A stretch of 62,641 bases of DNA, counting the filler, from Hausera hauseri (taxonomy: Eukaryota): NCBI GenBank assembly GCA_046269625.1. It is 11 parts of 11 records of this genome, joined end to end, with 100 filler letters (N's around TTAATTAATTAA, not from the genome) between each part and the next. Parts side by side here need not be neighbours in the genome. Positions count along the whole stretch, not along the records: positions 33,284 to 37,542 come from JBJURY010672218.1; positions 37,643 to 41,691 come from JBJURY010794313.1; positions 41,792 to 48,100 come from JBJURY010114654.1; 8 more parts are not named here. One strand, written 5' to 3'. Position 1 is the stretch's first letter. Each line of letters starts with the position of its first letter. The notes under the pieces were generated by a model that worked only from the letters and a program-made list of their open reading frames with translations, did no database searches and was not told where the DNA came from. Of this stretch, positions 34,827 through 47,500 are shown one piece after another. Position numbers and translations under genes: made by a program.

Positions 34827-37310
34827 TTATGTAGAAAACATCATCTCCAAATGTCTGATTACGTCATCCAGTTCAACATATGCAACTGATTGTTTCAGTT
34901 TAAAAAGTACGTTTCGAAATAGCATCATTAAATCTTTCTCACAGTTGCACAATTCCAATTTATCAATGAACGCTAAACAAACAACTCGAAATTCGTCATA
35001 TTCCATTAACCAACCGCAGACAAGGTCACAGTCATAATCGATTTTAATAAATAATTCCTTCATTAATTCAACAAATTGCCAACAATCGAAGATACTGTAT
35101 GGATTAGCCAAATATCACATTTTATGAAAAACAACTAAAAAAATACCCGGGAAAATTGTTTTCAATCTGAATTGCAGAAAAGAGAAATTCAATAATCTGT
35201 GAATCATCGTTCATAAATAAATCTATCCAGTTGGGAATTGATTTCTTTAAGAGATTTGATATGTTTATTGCAGGAAAACGAAAATCTTTCTTAGAAACAT
35301 TACTTATTTGAGATAAAGAAAAAGTTACCATCGATTACGCCCATAGTAGAAATCCAATCAAGAATATGCAAAATAAACTTTCCCAATAGCGACAATCTTT
35401 GACGAGAAAACTCAATTTTTGAAATATCAACTGACAATAAGCATTTAAACAAATTGGATGGACGTATGTAATCTGAAGGGGTTTCTATTTGTAACAATTC
35501 GGCTTTATCACACAATAAATTAAAGATAACGTTGGAATTTAACTTCGGAATAAAATTTGATCGCCGGTGAAATCTTTGTCAAGAGTTTAAGTAATATGCC
35601 CAGTAAATAAATTTTAAACTTTTCCAAATTTAAATGACTGTTCAAAGGAACAATTAATAAAATAACAGCTTCTACAACATCGGTATTAAAATTGTCGAAA
35701 ACAGATAAAGGAAGGTCCATAGCGGTGAAACACCACAGTCGATAATTTGCATCAATTTCTGGTAAATCAAACATTTGACAAACATCATTTTGTATTTGTC
35801 TGACTATCGATTTCGATTCGAAGTTGTTGCCGTAGAATTGTAAGTCATAACGTTCTTTATAAAGTGACAATGTTACAGCCGAAAGTGAAATTTTCTGCTT
35901 AAATTCCCTCTGGCATATTTTAAAATATTCCCGGTTCAAATAGCCAAATTTAGTTGTGCAAAAATATTGATAAATTACATATATTAATAAGGTACCTCTT
36001 TGATCATCACAAATTAATCGAAACAATAAATCTTTTTCACTTAAAGAATGCCAATGTATCGCAGAATTAATAACTGACAAAGTTTCATCTAAGTATTCTC
36101 TTCTATCCAATTCTGCCAGATCAAGAACATCCATTACGTCAATTTCGTGACTATTAGGTTTTTCACTTGATGAATCTTTTTCAATTTTCTTCTGTAACGC
36201 TTCTAACGGGGCAGCATAACTGTCAACATGAATACCAAGATCAATCTTAATCAGATCTTTATTTACAATTACTTCATCTAACTGTTCGGACAATGATGAA
36301 TAATTACCAACAACATTGTTTCGGTTTATGCAAGTCGGGAATGCAATTCCTCTTCTTAAATCTTTATCCTTTTTGAAAATTTTTACTTTTTCTTCTTGTA
36401 TTCCCTGATCACCATAATTGCACAATTCTGTTAATTGAACTCCAGCAACACACTTGGAAATCAATTCCTTTAAATTTTTGTGACAAATTTCAGAAGCCAT
36501 TTTATGCTTATTGATGATGGGCTTATCCTCCAAATTGTTAGCTTCACGATAAGCAATGAAAATTTGGATCAATTTATAATAACGATCTCTCACTATGATC
36601 AATTTGAAGTTAAATAACAAGATAATAACGCACATACCTTCACAAACTGGCATAGCACCAGGTAATGTCGACATCTTCCCAGTTGTATCAGGATACGAAT
36701 TCATCTTTATTTGAAAAATGCAGTTAATGATACACTTAAACTCAATGACAATTATCTCTGATATAGGATGGTCAATTTCGTTAGTTAATTCCATCATGAT
36801 ATTCTGTCTTATACTGTTTTCGAAATGCACCCACTTGTTTGAAGGAAAATTTCGTGTAATACGTGTTGACAATTCCAATTTAAATTTTCTTCCATATAAT
36901 TTGATACATATGTCATTACATTTATCTGGCACGAATTTTAACTTCTTTGTATATAATCCCACAATTCCGTTTTTTTCATAAATTCTTTCGCTTTCTGTAC
37001 AAAAAATTGAATTTAATACACGGAAAACGATGTTTTCAACAACGTATTTAAACATTTCGTAAAATATAACAAAATTTGTTCTTGATTTCGGATGACTTAT
37101 GTTGGCTAATTTCGTCATTCCATTTTGACACAACCGAGAATTTTGAAAGCAGTCTTCTGAACCTTCTATCTCGTTTAAACATTTTGTAATAGGCACATTC
37201 TCGGTCCCACCTGAGATGCCAATTGTTTGTCTCAGGAACACACTTTTATATACATTCTCATTAATTTCTTTCTTTTTCATTATTTCTTGAATTTTCGTTC
37301 TCTTTTTCAC
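34827..37310 (-). CDS. Mosaic spliced host gene: Pre-SET-like start, in-frame PA2G4 fragment, Lines-like C-terminus; short GT-AG introns (e.g. 36593-36637, 35095-35146)
   Basis: 596-aa ORF plus downstream ORFs joined in frame by 43-52-nt GT...AG introns. The C-terminal WIDLFMNDDSQIIE...FIKIDYDCDLVCGWL...LMMLFRNV resembles the Lines/LINS1 C-terminal domain (tentative). Confidence 0.55.
36210..36545 (-). other. PA2G4: N-terminal fragment of proliferation-associated protein 2G4 (Ebp1) embedded in the ORF
   Basis: KHKMASEIC...LTELCNYGD...KIFKKDKDLRRGIAFPTCINRNNVVGNYS...KDLIKIDLGIHVDSYAA versus PA2G4 KYKMGGDIA...VLSLCEKGD...[29 protein letters not shown]...GDLVKIDLGVHVDGFIA. Confidence 0.9.
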
Positions 37311-37644
37311 TTTCTTTTACAATCTTTCAAATTTTTGCAGGAACAAAACAAAACAACAATACTCGGAATCTAATTTCTAATTCTATTCAATATACATTCA
37401 AATTTTGTTGACAACGTTTTAAACAAAGCAATTAAGTCCTATACAAAATTCACAGAAAAGAGACTTTACACTATATACATAAGAGGATTCATCTCGTCTT
37501 ATAATTTGTAACTACGATTTATTTCTCCTCGATTTGATAATCNNNNNNNNNNNNNNNNNNNNNNNNNNNNNNNNNNNNNNNNNNNNTTAATTAATTAANN
37601 NNNNNNNNNNNNNNNNNNNNNNNNNNNNNNNNNNNNNNNNNNCA

Positions 37645-40600
37645 ATGGCACAAAAACCAGTAATAGCGCCGAAACTGGATATTTTTACATTCGATTCTTT
37701 GAATCTAGAGGCATATGATGGATACCTGGACGGATTAAACGAATTTTTGAGAATATATAATCTGCACGCAGAAGGTGCAGGACTTCAAACCGAACAAATG
37801 ATAAAACGTTTACCACTTTGTTTAAAGAATTTAGCCGCTGATGCCTATACAGAGCTTACGAACGACGAGAAGAAAACTTGACCGCCACTAGTAGCAGCCT
37901 AAAACCGTAAATTATTGCTAACGGTAACTCCACAAGAGAAACTCATGGCTTTTCAAAATAGAATGCAACAGAAGGGCGACTCAGTCACCCTATTTGTATT
38001 TGCACTAAAGAAAGTGGCAAATAGATATATAAGTACGTTACGAATAGCGAATGTAGCTAAAACTAAAAATGAAGCCGAACGCGAAGCTGCAGAGAAGGCA
38101 ACTCCTCCAGATCTAGATGTTATGATGAGACACAAATTATAAATGCTATATAGTCTAGAGACCTAGTGAAACAGTTAATTTTAGCTCTATCAGAAAACTT
38201 TGACAAAACCTTGCATTTAGCTCAAGACTTAGAAATGGCATTGGATAGATATTCATGACAAAATCATAGAAATGACAGAAACGATAGAAACAATGATAGA
38301 AACGATGGCAATCGAAACTATAACCGTAACCGAGATAGTAGAAAGTTCAATAACAATAATAGAAATTACGATAATAGAAACCATCGACACGATTATTGAA
38401 ATTCTGGAAATAAACTAAACACAGGTAATTCAAATAATAAGCCGAATTATAATTCAGATAGAAACCAAAATAGTTATAGAAGTTCGATTAATGGAAATCA
38501 ATATAACGGCAACCAGAACAATGAGCATAGATGTAATGCAGGCAATAGACAAGGATCAACGAACCAGAGTAATAATAGAAATTTGAGTAGGTCCAAATCA
38601 CCTATAAACAAAGACGGTCGGCAAAGATTTGGTAGAAAGGATAATTTAATTTGCTATACATGTGGCAAGGAAGGACACATCGCAAGGTCATGTCCGAATC
38701 CACGTAGTGTTTCATTCACCGAGCCCAATAAAGCTAGTATGATTAAAACTAACGAGAGCTTGGAAGTGATCTATGGTACCCGAGGTGACATAAGTATGGT
38801 CACTGAAATCGAAAACTTGCAGAGATGTATGATGATTTAAGGCTAAACAAATAATCCACAAGTTTTAGAAACTAGAAATGAATATGAGAATAATTTACAA
38901 CTAATGGAAGTTTACCGTGGACTAATATAGCCGCAAATAAAACACGAATAAGCTATAGCACCGAAACCAACCGATATGACACGGAAAAGAGTGTTCCAGT
39001 AATTAGTAAAGTAACCGAAAATTTCCAACGAAGTATATCTAGATGCAGAAGTAGAATATATAGTCAAAAGATTAAATAAAACCATAGAAGCACAAACAAA
39101 TGAAGCTGAAAGAGAGTTCATGGAAACACTGATAATCAAAATAACGCAAAATAGAGGAAGGAGTCCCTCAATTAAACGAAAATACAAAAATCGTTCGCGA
39201 TCTCCTGTACCGAAATAGAAAATAGCGAAAACAAGAGACGGAAATCGGTGCAGAAAGCGACGTCGAACTTAGTCAAAATAAAACAGAACTTGGTTCAATT
39301 GCACCCGTTGGAGTAAACAATTAGCACAATCAGTAAATGAAATAAACGACATATGTCCGCTGCCTACTAGTGAGGAAGAAACAGAACAAATCGAGAAGTT
39401 CGATCAGAAAAAGTGAAAAGTTAGACGATTATGGAAAAATGCACATAAACTGAAAGAATGAAAATTTTCTGTCACGACTTAGAAATGCTACAGTAGAACC
39501 TAAAAAACATAAGCCGATCACCGAGCAGATAGATGTCTCCGGTGAAGAACAACAGTTTGCTGAAAAATTGTATAAAAGTTTGAAAGTATGCACTGATAGG
39601 ATACTCGATGAACCAATCGACTTAGAATAACCCGAGGAAGTGCCATCAGAAACGTTAGCAATATAGAAACATGAATTAGAATCATGGATAAGATGTGGAG
39701 TTGGATTTTCAAAAATGTGGAGTAAAAATGAGGATAGCATCGATGTGAAAGTGGCTAAAGTTCGTAAAATATTAAGTACGTTAGAAGCAAATCCGAAATT
39801 GAAGCAAGTGAAGCGTAATTTAGAACAATCAATGAAAGAAATTAGGTTTGCAATGGTTAATCGACTTAGAGAGAAACCGGTTAACGAACGGGATGAAATC
39901 GAATTAGAAATATTGGGTATAGACCTCATAGATATTCCTCCTTTAATGGAGATAATAAAAATTGCGTCCACTGAACCTAAACATTATGCAAATATAGAGA
40001 CCCGCATTAAAACTGGGAACAGAAAACGGTCACAAATTTATAGTTTAAGAAACCGAATAAAGTATATGAACAACGAAGAGGCTCAAAATGTAATAAAATC
40101 TTGTATCTCGGAATTTGATGAGTACACGGATGAATTAAGCTATATCAACTGGATCATGAGTTTTATAAAAGGCCCAGAGGACGAATTAAAATATGCTTAT
40201 AAAATGTGAGACAAAGCAATATTAACGAAGCCTGTAATAGCTAAACAACTAATGGAATGGTTCTAATTAATACTGAGACTGAGTCAGATAGTGAAGAATC
40301 GCATAAAAGAATTCCCAGAAAGAGAAACAATAGTGAAGCAACAATTGGGAGAAATTTCAAGGAATTTAGATACCATCAGAGCGGGAGTAGACATACGAAC
40401 GCAATTCAACATACTACGACAAGTAAAAATTATGGGTAAGAACGAAGAGATTATATTATTGAACGAGGTATATAAAATAATTGAAAGGACATATTTCCAA
40501 ATGAAACGAGACATGACTTGTGACCTCTATCCGAAATTAAGAAATGTTCGTTTAGAAGGAATCCAACAATTAGCCTCAAAACCCATAAATAAAATCTCAA

Positions 40601-41691
40601 TACAAAAAGTGAAACTATTATATATCTGCCAGGATTACAAGTTGTCAATAGAGGGAACGCTAAAATTTCTACAGGACCCTCATAAATGGATACCAGGATC
40701 AGATAAGAAATGGCATACCAAATTATTGGAAATAAGGAACGATCACCAACTCACGTTTGAAGAAATCAACTTTGTTAAAAAGTTGATTGAGGAATTCGAC
40801 CCAGACTCAAAAACCCTGAAAAAAACGTATAAAGTAACGATATTATTAATGGAAATGGCCGAGATCAACAACGAAAAGATGGGACAATTGATTAATCAGA
40901 TACCTCATACCGAAAGTATTCAGATCCATACAAAACAGAGAGAAAAGGGCTTGGCAAAATTATCCAAAAAGTTGGAAGTATATAGAAACAAATGTCTTTA
41001 CTGAATCAGAGCTAAATAATAAAGTGGAATTCGCGCAAAGTGGCATAGAAAAATAACTACAAAACTAACTGATTATCAAGAAAAAGGGCTGATCCACCCA
41101 GTCGACCTATGTCAGCTACTACATTTACTATTTCATGCCTGGAGAAATGGAATTGGGTTACGGACCACACAAATGAGCAAACTACAACCTGGATTAAACG
41201 AAATACGAGAAAGAATTCAAAATAAAAATGCGGCACTAATCGACTGCGACCTTCCAGAGATTTGAAACGATCCTATCTGGGATGAATACTTGGAAGCAGT
41301 AAACAATCAAAATTCGAGTACCCCGATACAACTCTATGAGACAGAAGTGTATCCACAGAGTCGTAGAATCAATGTGGAAATGCTTCTGGATCGTGCGATA
41401 ACCGAACGGAATTTAATCGATCTAATTAACGTAAATATTCATGAGAATAGGTTAAGACAACTTATTCCTATACTAACTAAATTATCAAGCGAAAACGCAA
41501 CTTACAGTACTGTGCCGAAACTTTTAATAAAAAAATACGCTAAAATCTTGAAAGCTATACAAGAAGTGACGCTTAAAGTAAAAGTGTCATCTGAATGGAT
41601 GGATAAAAGGGAAGGTAAATGTACAACATCTATTTGTGTTAAAGATGTTATATATGGGTGGTCCTTAACTCAAGCCCCGTATATATATAAC
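37645..41691 (+). pseudogene. gag: Ty3/Gypsy gag with CCHC zinc knuckle and a very long (about 3 kb) post-knuckle extension, decayed
   Basis: KRLPLCLKNLAADAY, RMQQKGDSV, Asn/Arg-rich linker, CYTCGKEGHIARSC (38652-38693), then sense-strand ORF remnants to the contig end. Confidence 0.8.
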
Positions 41692-41791
41692 NNNNNNNNN
41701 NNNNNNNNNNNNNNNNNNNNNNNNNNNNNNNNNNNTTAATTAATTAANNNNNNNNNNNNNNNNNNNNNNNNNNNNNNNNNNNNNNNNNNNN

Positions 41792-42126
41792 ACTGTCTCG
41801 TCTTTTCGTTGCCTCCTTCTTATAAATTCTTCAATTCTCCCCTTTCCAGAGGGATCTATTAAAAACTTCTGAGGCAGCTTTTCTTTAAGTTCTTTCAAGT
41901 CCTTTTTATCTTCTTCAGGCAGTTGGAAATAAACCATGAGAGCCGTCCCTTTTAAATGAAGGGGTAATCTTTCTACTCTCTGTTTGTCATCCCAGTCAAA
42001 ACTTTTGGAATATACCTCATATTCCATCATGAAATCTTGAATGTCTTCTTTACCGGAAAATTTTTTCATGGGTAAGGTGAAATCAGCCTTAGACAGAATC
42101 ACCTGTTCTACTTTGTTACTTGACAT
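41792..42126 (-). CDS. gag: Ty3/Gypsy gag N-terminus, cut by the contig end
   Basis: KFSGKEDIQDFM...WDDKQRVERLPLHLKGTA...RRQRKDET, downstream of a PBS. Confidence 0.88.
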
Positions 42127-42253
42127 GGCTTCTTCTTCACTTAGATTATCTAGATACTCTAATCCAAAATGTTCTTCTTCTGAATGGTAGACGGTTCCTC
42201 TCCTAGTGGTTATTTTGCTTCCTTTAATCTAAAGTCCTAATAAATTTTTTTTC

Positions 42254-42273
42254 GATCCCGGGTCACGGCACCA
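42254..42273 (-). promoter_or_regulatory. Primer-binding site complementary to the tRNA-His 3' end; the 5' LTR ends at 42277
   Basis: TGGTGCCGTGACCCGGGATC matches the 3' end of metazoan tRNA-His (…GTCACGGCACCA) and follows AACA plus a 3-nt spacer. Confidence 0.85.
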
Positions 42274-43429
42274 GTTTGTTCAATCCTCACCAATTTTACT
42301 TGGTAAATGACAATAATTTATTACTTAATTAGTGAAGAGAACAATTAACCTTATCTCAAATCGTTGAGTAGAGGTGGTCGTACGTAATGCTACCTAACTG
42401 TCAGTCAGTAATGTGTATTGTAAGTCTCGGTTTATTTAATTTTACTCACTAAGGTTTAATATCCTATGTCTTTAATTGGGTGATTAAACGGGCGGTCGTT
42501 AGGTAGTGTTAGACCTAGACGACCAAATACCAAGTTAGTTAGGATTTATTTATTTACTTTATTTACTGAAACAAAAGAGCAACGCCAATGAATATTATGA
42601 TAATATTTTATACAACAAAATTCAATAAATCAACCATGAAAACTTTTTAACATACACTCAAAACCACTAAAATAATATACTTACATGATAACATGGTTTC
42701 TTTAAGGCAAGAAATAATCAGCAAAAATTTCTGTTTCTATGTCAAATACAAGTTACTTATATAGCAGTAGGTGAAAAAGTATAAATGTCTATATTAAGAC
42801 AATATGTCCTTTTTAGGACAAAACAACACAACTTTAGGACAAAACAACACAACTAATCATTTCACATAACGAAAAAAAAAAAACAGAAAATCTTTTTCCT
42901 TAACTAGATATTGGTCGCATGCATAAAATCAGCGAGGGAGCAATTGAATAGCGTTTCAGTCAGCGAGGGAGAAATTAAATAATAGTTATTTCAGTCATCA
43001 TCAGTATGTCATTGTGACAGATCATTCAGCTTGATAAACGGAATGATGTCAACATAAGTAATATATTAAGAATTTGTTTCTTTTTATTTTAAAATCATTA
43101 AAGGTTATGATGCATATCTGCTTCATGGTGATCGAAAGGGTTAAAATAATTTGAGATCAGTGTTCATTCATCACATGATAAACAGACAGATGTGCACATC
43201 AAATTCTGAAAACAGATCAACCGCAAGAGTATCGAATAAACGGTAATTCAAAAAAAGATAAAGAATACACGAATCTTAGTCGAGTAAAAAAGCAGCAAAT
43301 ATCACAATGTTCTTTGTCATTTTATAAAAATAGGGCAGACGATAACAACTAAATATACAATCAAAAAACAAATGAGAACTATTATATTACATGAAAATAT
43401 AAACAACCAATGAAATAGTTATTAATCAG

Positions 43430-46400
43430 TTAATTCATTTGATAATCCGATTCCAAAGGCTCTCCTTCCAATTTCGTAAAATTCAAGAAATGTGTCGGAC
43501 GATGCAATTTATGATAATAAGTCAGTGGTAAACCAAGTTTCACATCGTATTTGGAATTTGTGCTCAATCGAACTCCATGGAAGTTGTAGTTCCATGAAGA
43601 CACATTCGGAATAATAAAGAATCCTTGGAATTTATCTGACAGCAACATTTGAACTTTTTCAAAATGACTTGGTTGATATCCCTTAGTACTACTTGATTTA
43701 TCTCGAACCGATCTTCCCCATTCGAAACCACCAGGCGTCAGTTTATAAGCACATAGTGTAACCGATCCCGGAGTGAAAGAACACGTCATTACAATCGTTC
43801 TCTGTCCATCTTTTTCAGCAAATACTTTCGCATGAGTAGAAATGTCCTGAGGTGACAACTGCGGAGATTCATTCGACTGAGTGTGTATCCAACCAAGAGG
43901 TTCCATTTCGTCCAAAATGTCGTGTTGCGGTAAATCGTTCGGGAAATCAACGTCGTGTGGAGTGCCTGCCTGCGGCGGCAGTACAATGCACCGAATTTCT
44001 TTAATTTGAGGCTTATCGGGTGGACTGACGCCGTACAAAAAGCCAGCAACTTGAGTTCTCAAATCACCAATAACAATAAATTTCTTCAGAATGTTCTGTG
44101 GTAAAATGAAAGTATATGCACCATCTTTGGATTCTTCATTGCTAATGTAAATATTATTCGTTCTCAAATTTAAACCAGTTGCTGAGATGGCTCTCACACG
44201 CCACTCCGTCTTGCTGGTGAAATGTTGCGTTTCATAATTGCTTGTAGTCGTTGTTATAATTTCATCTCCATGTTTGTTCGTCGTTCTGGTGGTAACTGCA
44301 GTTAACTGAGATTGTTCTTTATTCTGCTTCTCAATTTCTGCAATTTGCTGTCGCTGTTGAGATGGTGTGGAAATCTCCATTCCCAGAATAATGTCTCGAA
44401 TTTCAGACTGAGTCAATGACGCTACGTTAACATTATTTCGTTTGCCATAATCCATTAAAATCAGATCCTTCAACTGGTTTTCGACATTTGTCCATTGCTG
44501 GGGTGTTAATGTAGGCCAAATATGATGCTGTTCGGTGATAACAGTATTGTCAGGTTTCAGTATAACTTTGGCTCTGTCATTGTTCACATGTAATGCTCTC
44601 AGAATTAATATCAATCTAGAGAAAGCCGTGTATGAACTAACTGATTCTAACCAATCGTCATACAAATTATACAATAACATTTTCGGTTCTGTTGCTCGAA
44701 GAATTTCATCTCCAAACTTCTCTACCTTAAGACATGCTTGGAATGGAAGCTGCAACTCGCTACCCTTGATGATAATATTTGGAAAATCAAGCAAGTGCAC
44801 TTCGAGAGGATCTAACATTCCCTTTCTTGTAACGATAATCTGTTTCGGTTGTTCTTCAACAGGCACCGATCGAATAAGTGCTGCTACTTCTTCTGCTGTT
44901 TTCCACTTGGCTAACTGACCAAGACGTTTCTGGCCTGACCATACTGAGGTGTGAATAATTTTCAAATACAATTGTCCAGTTCGTGGATTGAATATGAAAA
45001 TTGCTCCGTTGATAGGTTTTGTAGTCAGATTGCCTTCGAATGTTTTATGAATGGTAACACGGTACACATTAGTATCGTCAACAAACCATATAATTTGATT
45101 TGAGAACAATTCATTGTAATTCTGAGAACTTAAGTAAGGTTCCGTCGGTTCACTGGAGTATAACTGTAATGCCTTACGAATACGCTCCCTCAAAACATAC
45201 AATGCGGGATTTGATTTCATTATTTTCGTCATTGCCTGTTGCATCAATTTCTTCAAACCAGGCACCCAGTTTCCGTATGCAGAATGGATGTTGTATGCCA
45301 AATCAATTGCCACCATAACTCCTGTCGGTGATGGATAAATGGACATAGCATCATTAACGTAATCGTTAAATTTCGACCTGGCATATCGTTCAACGTCGTG
45401 AGAATCATAATCACCCCATCGCAACTGCACGTCAATCCAGAACTTTGGTGTAGTAGTACCGTCTGTCATGTCATTCGAATCAGCCAATAAACTAGGCTTC
45501 GAAACGTTCCATTTATACGAAGCAAACAGTAAAATATCTGCGCAACTTGAATTCATTTTGTATGATTTCCGAGGATGAATAGTTTCTTTCTGAACAGCGT
45601 CAATTTCCAAAGAATCCAAATGTTGGTCCAAAACTTGACAGAGATCCATTACAACGGCTTCGTGGACCTTTTGCCACAGATGAGCTCGGAATATTTGAAT
45701 AAGTGAAATCTTCAACGTCGGAATTTTTCCATGCATAAATATTCCGGTTAAATCCAATTGAACTTGAAATCCAACGTACACATTGGCTCTGTTAATAGTT
45801 GGTGACCACCATAATGTAAATCTACGATTCGGAATTTGGTTCAGACCACTACGCTGGGCATTAGTCAATTTTTTATACTTCATAGATTCTTCAAAACCGC
45901 TAGCTTTTTCCCAAAACAAACCTTCCCAAGTAGGGAAGTACGTTCCTCTAAACAAAGTATGTTCGAGTATTCCCTCAACTCCTCCAAGAGCTTGAATCAT
46001 ATCCGTTCTGTAATTATTCAAATTCCACAATTTACCATCGTGACGCTGATTTGTCCACCAAAATGGATTTTGTTTTAACACTTGATACGTTTTAAAATGC
46101 GTCCTTACTCGCCAACCTCTATCGTACTGAAGCGTATGTCTATCTTTCTGGAAAAGTGTATTTATTCTTGGAATACCTTTATCCCAGCTGTCTTCCAAAT
46201 CTTCGAGCGTTAATCTACGATGTTGGGCGGTGCTTTCTTCACGTTTCTGAGCAAATTCCGCCCAAACTTTCAATGATTCTTTAAATTCTTGTTGCCATGA
46301 AGTAATATAAGGATAGAGATTTGGTATAGCTTGATCCGTATCATGGGACATTCCAGATCGATAATGAGTAATAATAGCGTCAGTCTGTCTAGACCATCGT

Positions 46401-46960
46401 AAGTCAGATTGTGGAATTAAAACGTGACCCATAGACACCATTCCCAGACCACCTAATTCTTTAGGCGTATAGAAAACAACTGGAGGAAATCTAGCAGGCA
46501 TTTTTGAATTCAGACCGATCTTTATACGCGTTTGTATTTTATTCTCGCACTTGACAAGAAGATCCAACAGTTCCGGTGTGCCTAAAACTGCTTCTCTAAA
46601 ATACGTCATCAAACCAATAAGAGCAGTATTCCATTTGTTAACGATTTTTGTAAATGTTGTCGAACCTGATGCCATGAGAATTTGACGCACCCGATTATGG
46701 AATTTTTGCATATGTTCTTCATCGACACGCAAGTAACACATTGCTGTTGTACCTTTAGTATCTTCGTTTTGTAATTCCCATTTTGCACTGGACGACTGAC
46801 TATCTTCTGATATATTTTGAATAGACGTTGGCACAATTCTACAGTCAAATCCACACATGCTGAACAGCAAATTTGGATTGTCCTTACTAAACACTGACAC
46901 GAAACTGTTTTCCCAAAGAATTGTTGTTAGAGCTCTGGGTATACGATTCTTAATATCCAA
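43430..46960 (-). CDS. PRPF8: Pre-mRNA splicing factor 8, C-terminal half only (thumb/X, linker, endonuclease-like, RNase H-like, Jab1/MPN); intronless and uninterrupted; first ATG at 46858
   Basis: [102 protein letters not shown]; ends at a normal C-terminal position. Confidence 0.97.
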   Translation of the reverse strand: MDIKNRIPRALTTILWENSFVSVFSKDNPNLLFSMCGFDCRIVPTSIQNISEDSQSSSAKWELQNEDTKGTTAMCYLRVDEEHMQKFHNRVRQILMASGSTTFTKIVNKWNTALIGLMTYFREAVLGTPELLDLLVKCENKIQTRIKIGLNSKMPARFPPVVFYTPKELGGLGMVSMGHVLIPQSDLRWSRQTDAIITHYRSGMSHDTDQAIPNLYPYITSWQQEFKESLKVWAEFAQKREESTAQHRRLTLEDLEDSWDKGIPRINTLFQKDRHTLQYDRGWRVRTHFKTYQVLKQNPFWWTNQRHDGKLWNLNNYRTDMIQALGGVEGILEHTLFRGTYFPTWEGLFWEKASGFEESMKYKKLTNAQRSGLNQIPNRRFTLWWSPTINRANVYVGFQVQLDLTGIFMHGKIPTLKISLIQIFRAHLWQKVHEAVVMDLCQVLDQHLDSLEIDAVQKETIHPRKSYKMNSSCADILLFASYKWNVSKPSLLADSNDMTDGTTTPKFWIDVQLRWGDYDSHDVERYARSKFNDYVNDAMSIYPSPTGVMVAIDLAYNIHSAYGNWVPGLKKLMQQAMTKIMKSNPALYVLRERIRKALQLYSSEPTEPYLSSQNYNELFSNQIIWFVDDTNVYRVTIHKTFEGNLTTKPINGAIFIFNPRTGQLYLKIIHTSVWSGQKRLGQLAKWKTAEEVAALIRSVPVEEQPKQIIVTRKGMLDPLEVHLLDFPNIIIKGSELQLPFQACLKVEKFGDEILRATEPKMLLYNLYDDWLESVSSYTAFSRLILILRALHVNNDRAKVILKPDNTVITEQHHIWPTLTPQQWTNVENQLKDLILMDYGKRNNVNVASLTQSEIRDIILGMEISTPSQQRQQIAEIEKQNKEQSQLTAVTTRTTNKHGDEIITTTTSNYETQHFTSKTEWRVRAISATGLNLRTNNIYISNEESKDGAYTFILPQNILKKFIVIGDLRTQVAGFLYGVSPPDKPQIKEIRCIVLPPQAGTPHDVDFPNDLPQHDILDEMEPLGWIHTQSNESPQLSPQDISTHAKVFAEKDGQRTIVMTCSFTPGSVTLCAYKLTPGGFEWGRSVRDKSSSTKGYQPSHFEKVQMLLSDKFQGFFIIPNVSSWNYNFHGVRLSTNSKYDVKLGLPLTYYHKLHRPTHFLNFTKLEGEPLESDYQMN

Positions 46961-47500
46961 AAAACGGCTCGTTCCAAATTCACATCATGTTTCGTCAAAC
47001 GCATCCGGCAATCACGAGGGTAAAACTTTTTATTGTTACATCCAACAATTTTTTCATTATTTGGATATGGATTCTCATTTAAACGACGCTGAATCAATTC
47101 CCAAGCCTCTTCAGTTGTGAATCTGGAAAGCATCCAAATTCTGTCGACATATCGATAATAAAGTTGTATTGGATGCACGATCTGTATTTGAACACCTTCG
47201 AACTGACAAAGCGAATTAGATTCATGAGACGGACCAACCATATCAGTCGTACGTGGTAAATCGAGAACCAGAAGATCGAGAATAAGACCGTAGTATTGAA
47301 TAATAAATGACGAAAATAGGAGACCTCTGATTGTACCAAAGATATTTGAAGGCATCATGCCTTTGTATGAAATAGGAACGTTATATTTTGGAATTCATGT
47401 AGTCAGCGATATTGTAATACATAATCAAATTCAACAAACGATTTAAAAATGTCAAATCGATCTTTTCATACATTTTCTCCAATCTACTTTCCAGTTAAAC
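46961..47500 (-). pseudogene. PRPF8: Decayed upstream PRP8 stub (RT palm region)
   Basis: [23 protein letters not shown]...IRGLLFSSFIIQYYGLILDLL...[17 protein letters not shown] has one stop, two frameshifts and substitutions at conserved residues. Homology ends at a 10-bp tandem duplication at 47501-47520. Confidence 0.9.

Noticed and set aside
42251-42273. tRNA-His gene
   Set aside because: Only the 3' ~20 nt including CCA are present, positioned between LTR and gag, so it is a PBS.
43131-43144. piggyBac end (AAAGGG-TTAA)
   Set aside because: No matching left end or transposase was found in the contig.
45650-46000. PRP8 intein
   Set aside because: The conserved region that hosts fungal PRP8 inteins (…[10 protein letters not shown]…) is continuous, with no insertion.
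44535-46078. Plus-strand ORFs antisense to PRP8 (and similar antisense ORFs over pol and pPolB)
   Set aside because: Shadow ORFs of real coding sequence with no independent motifs.
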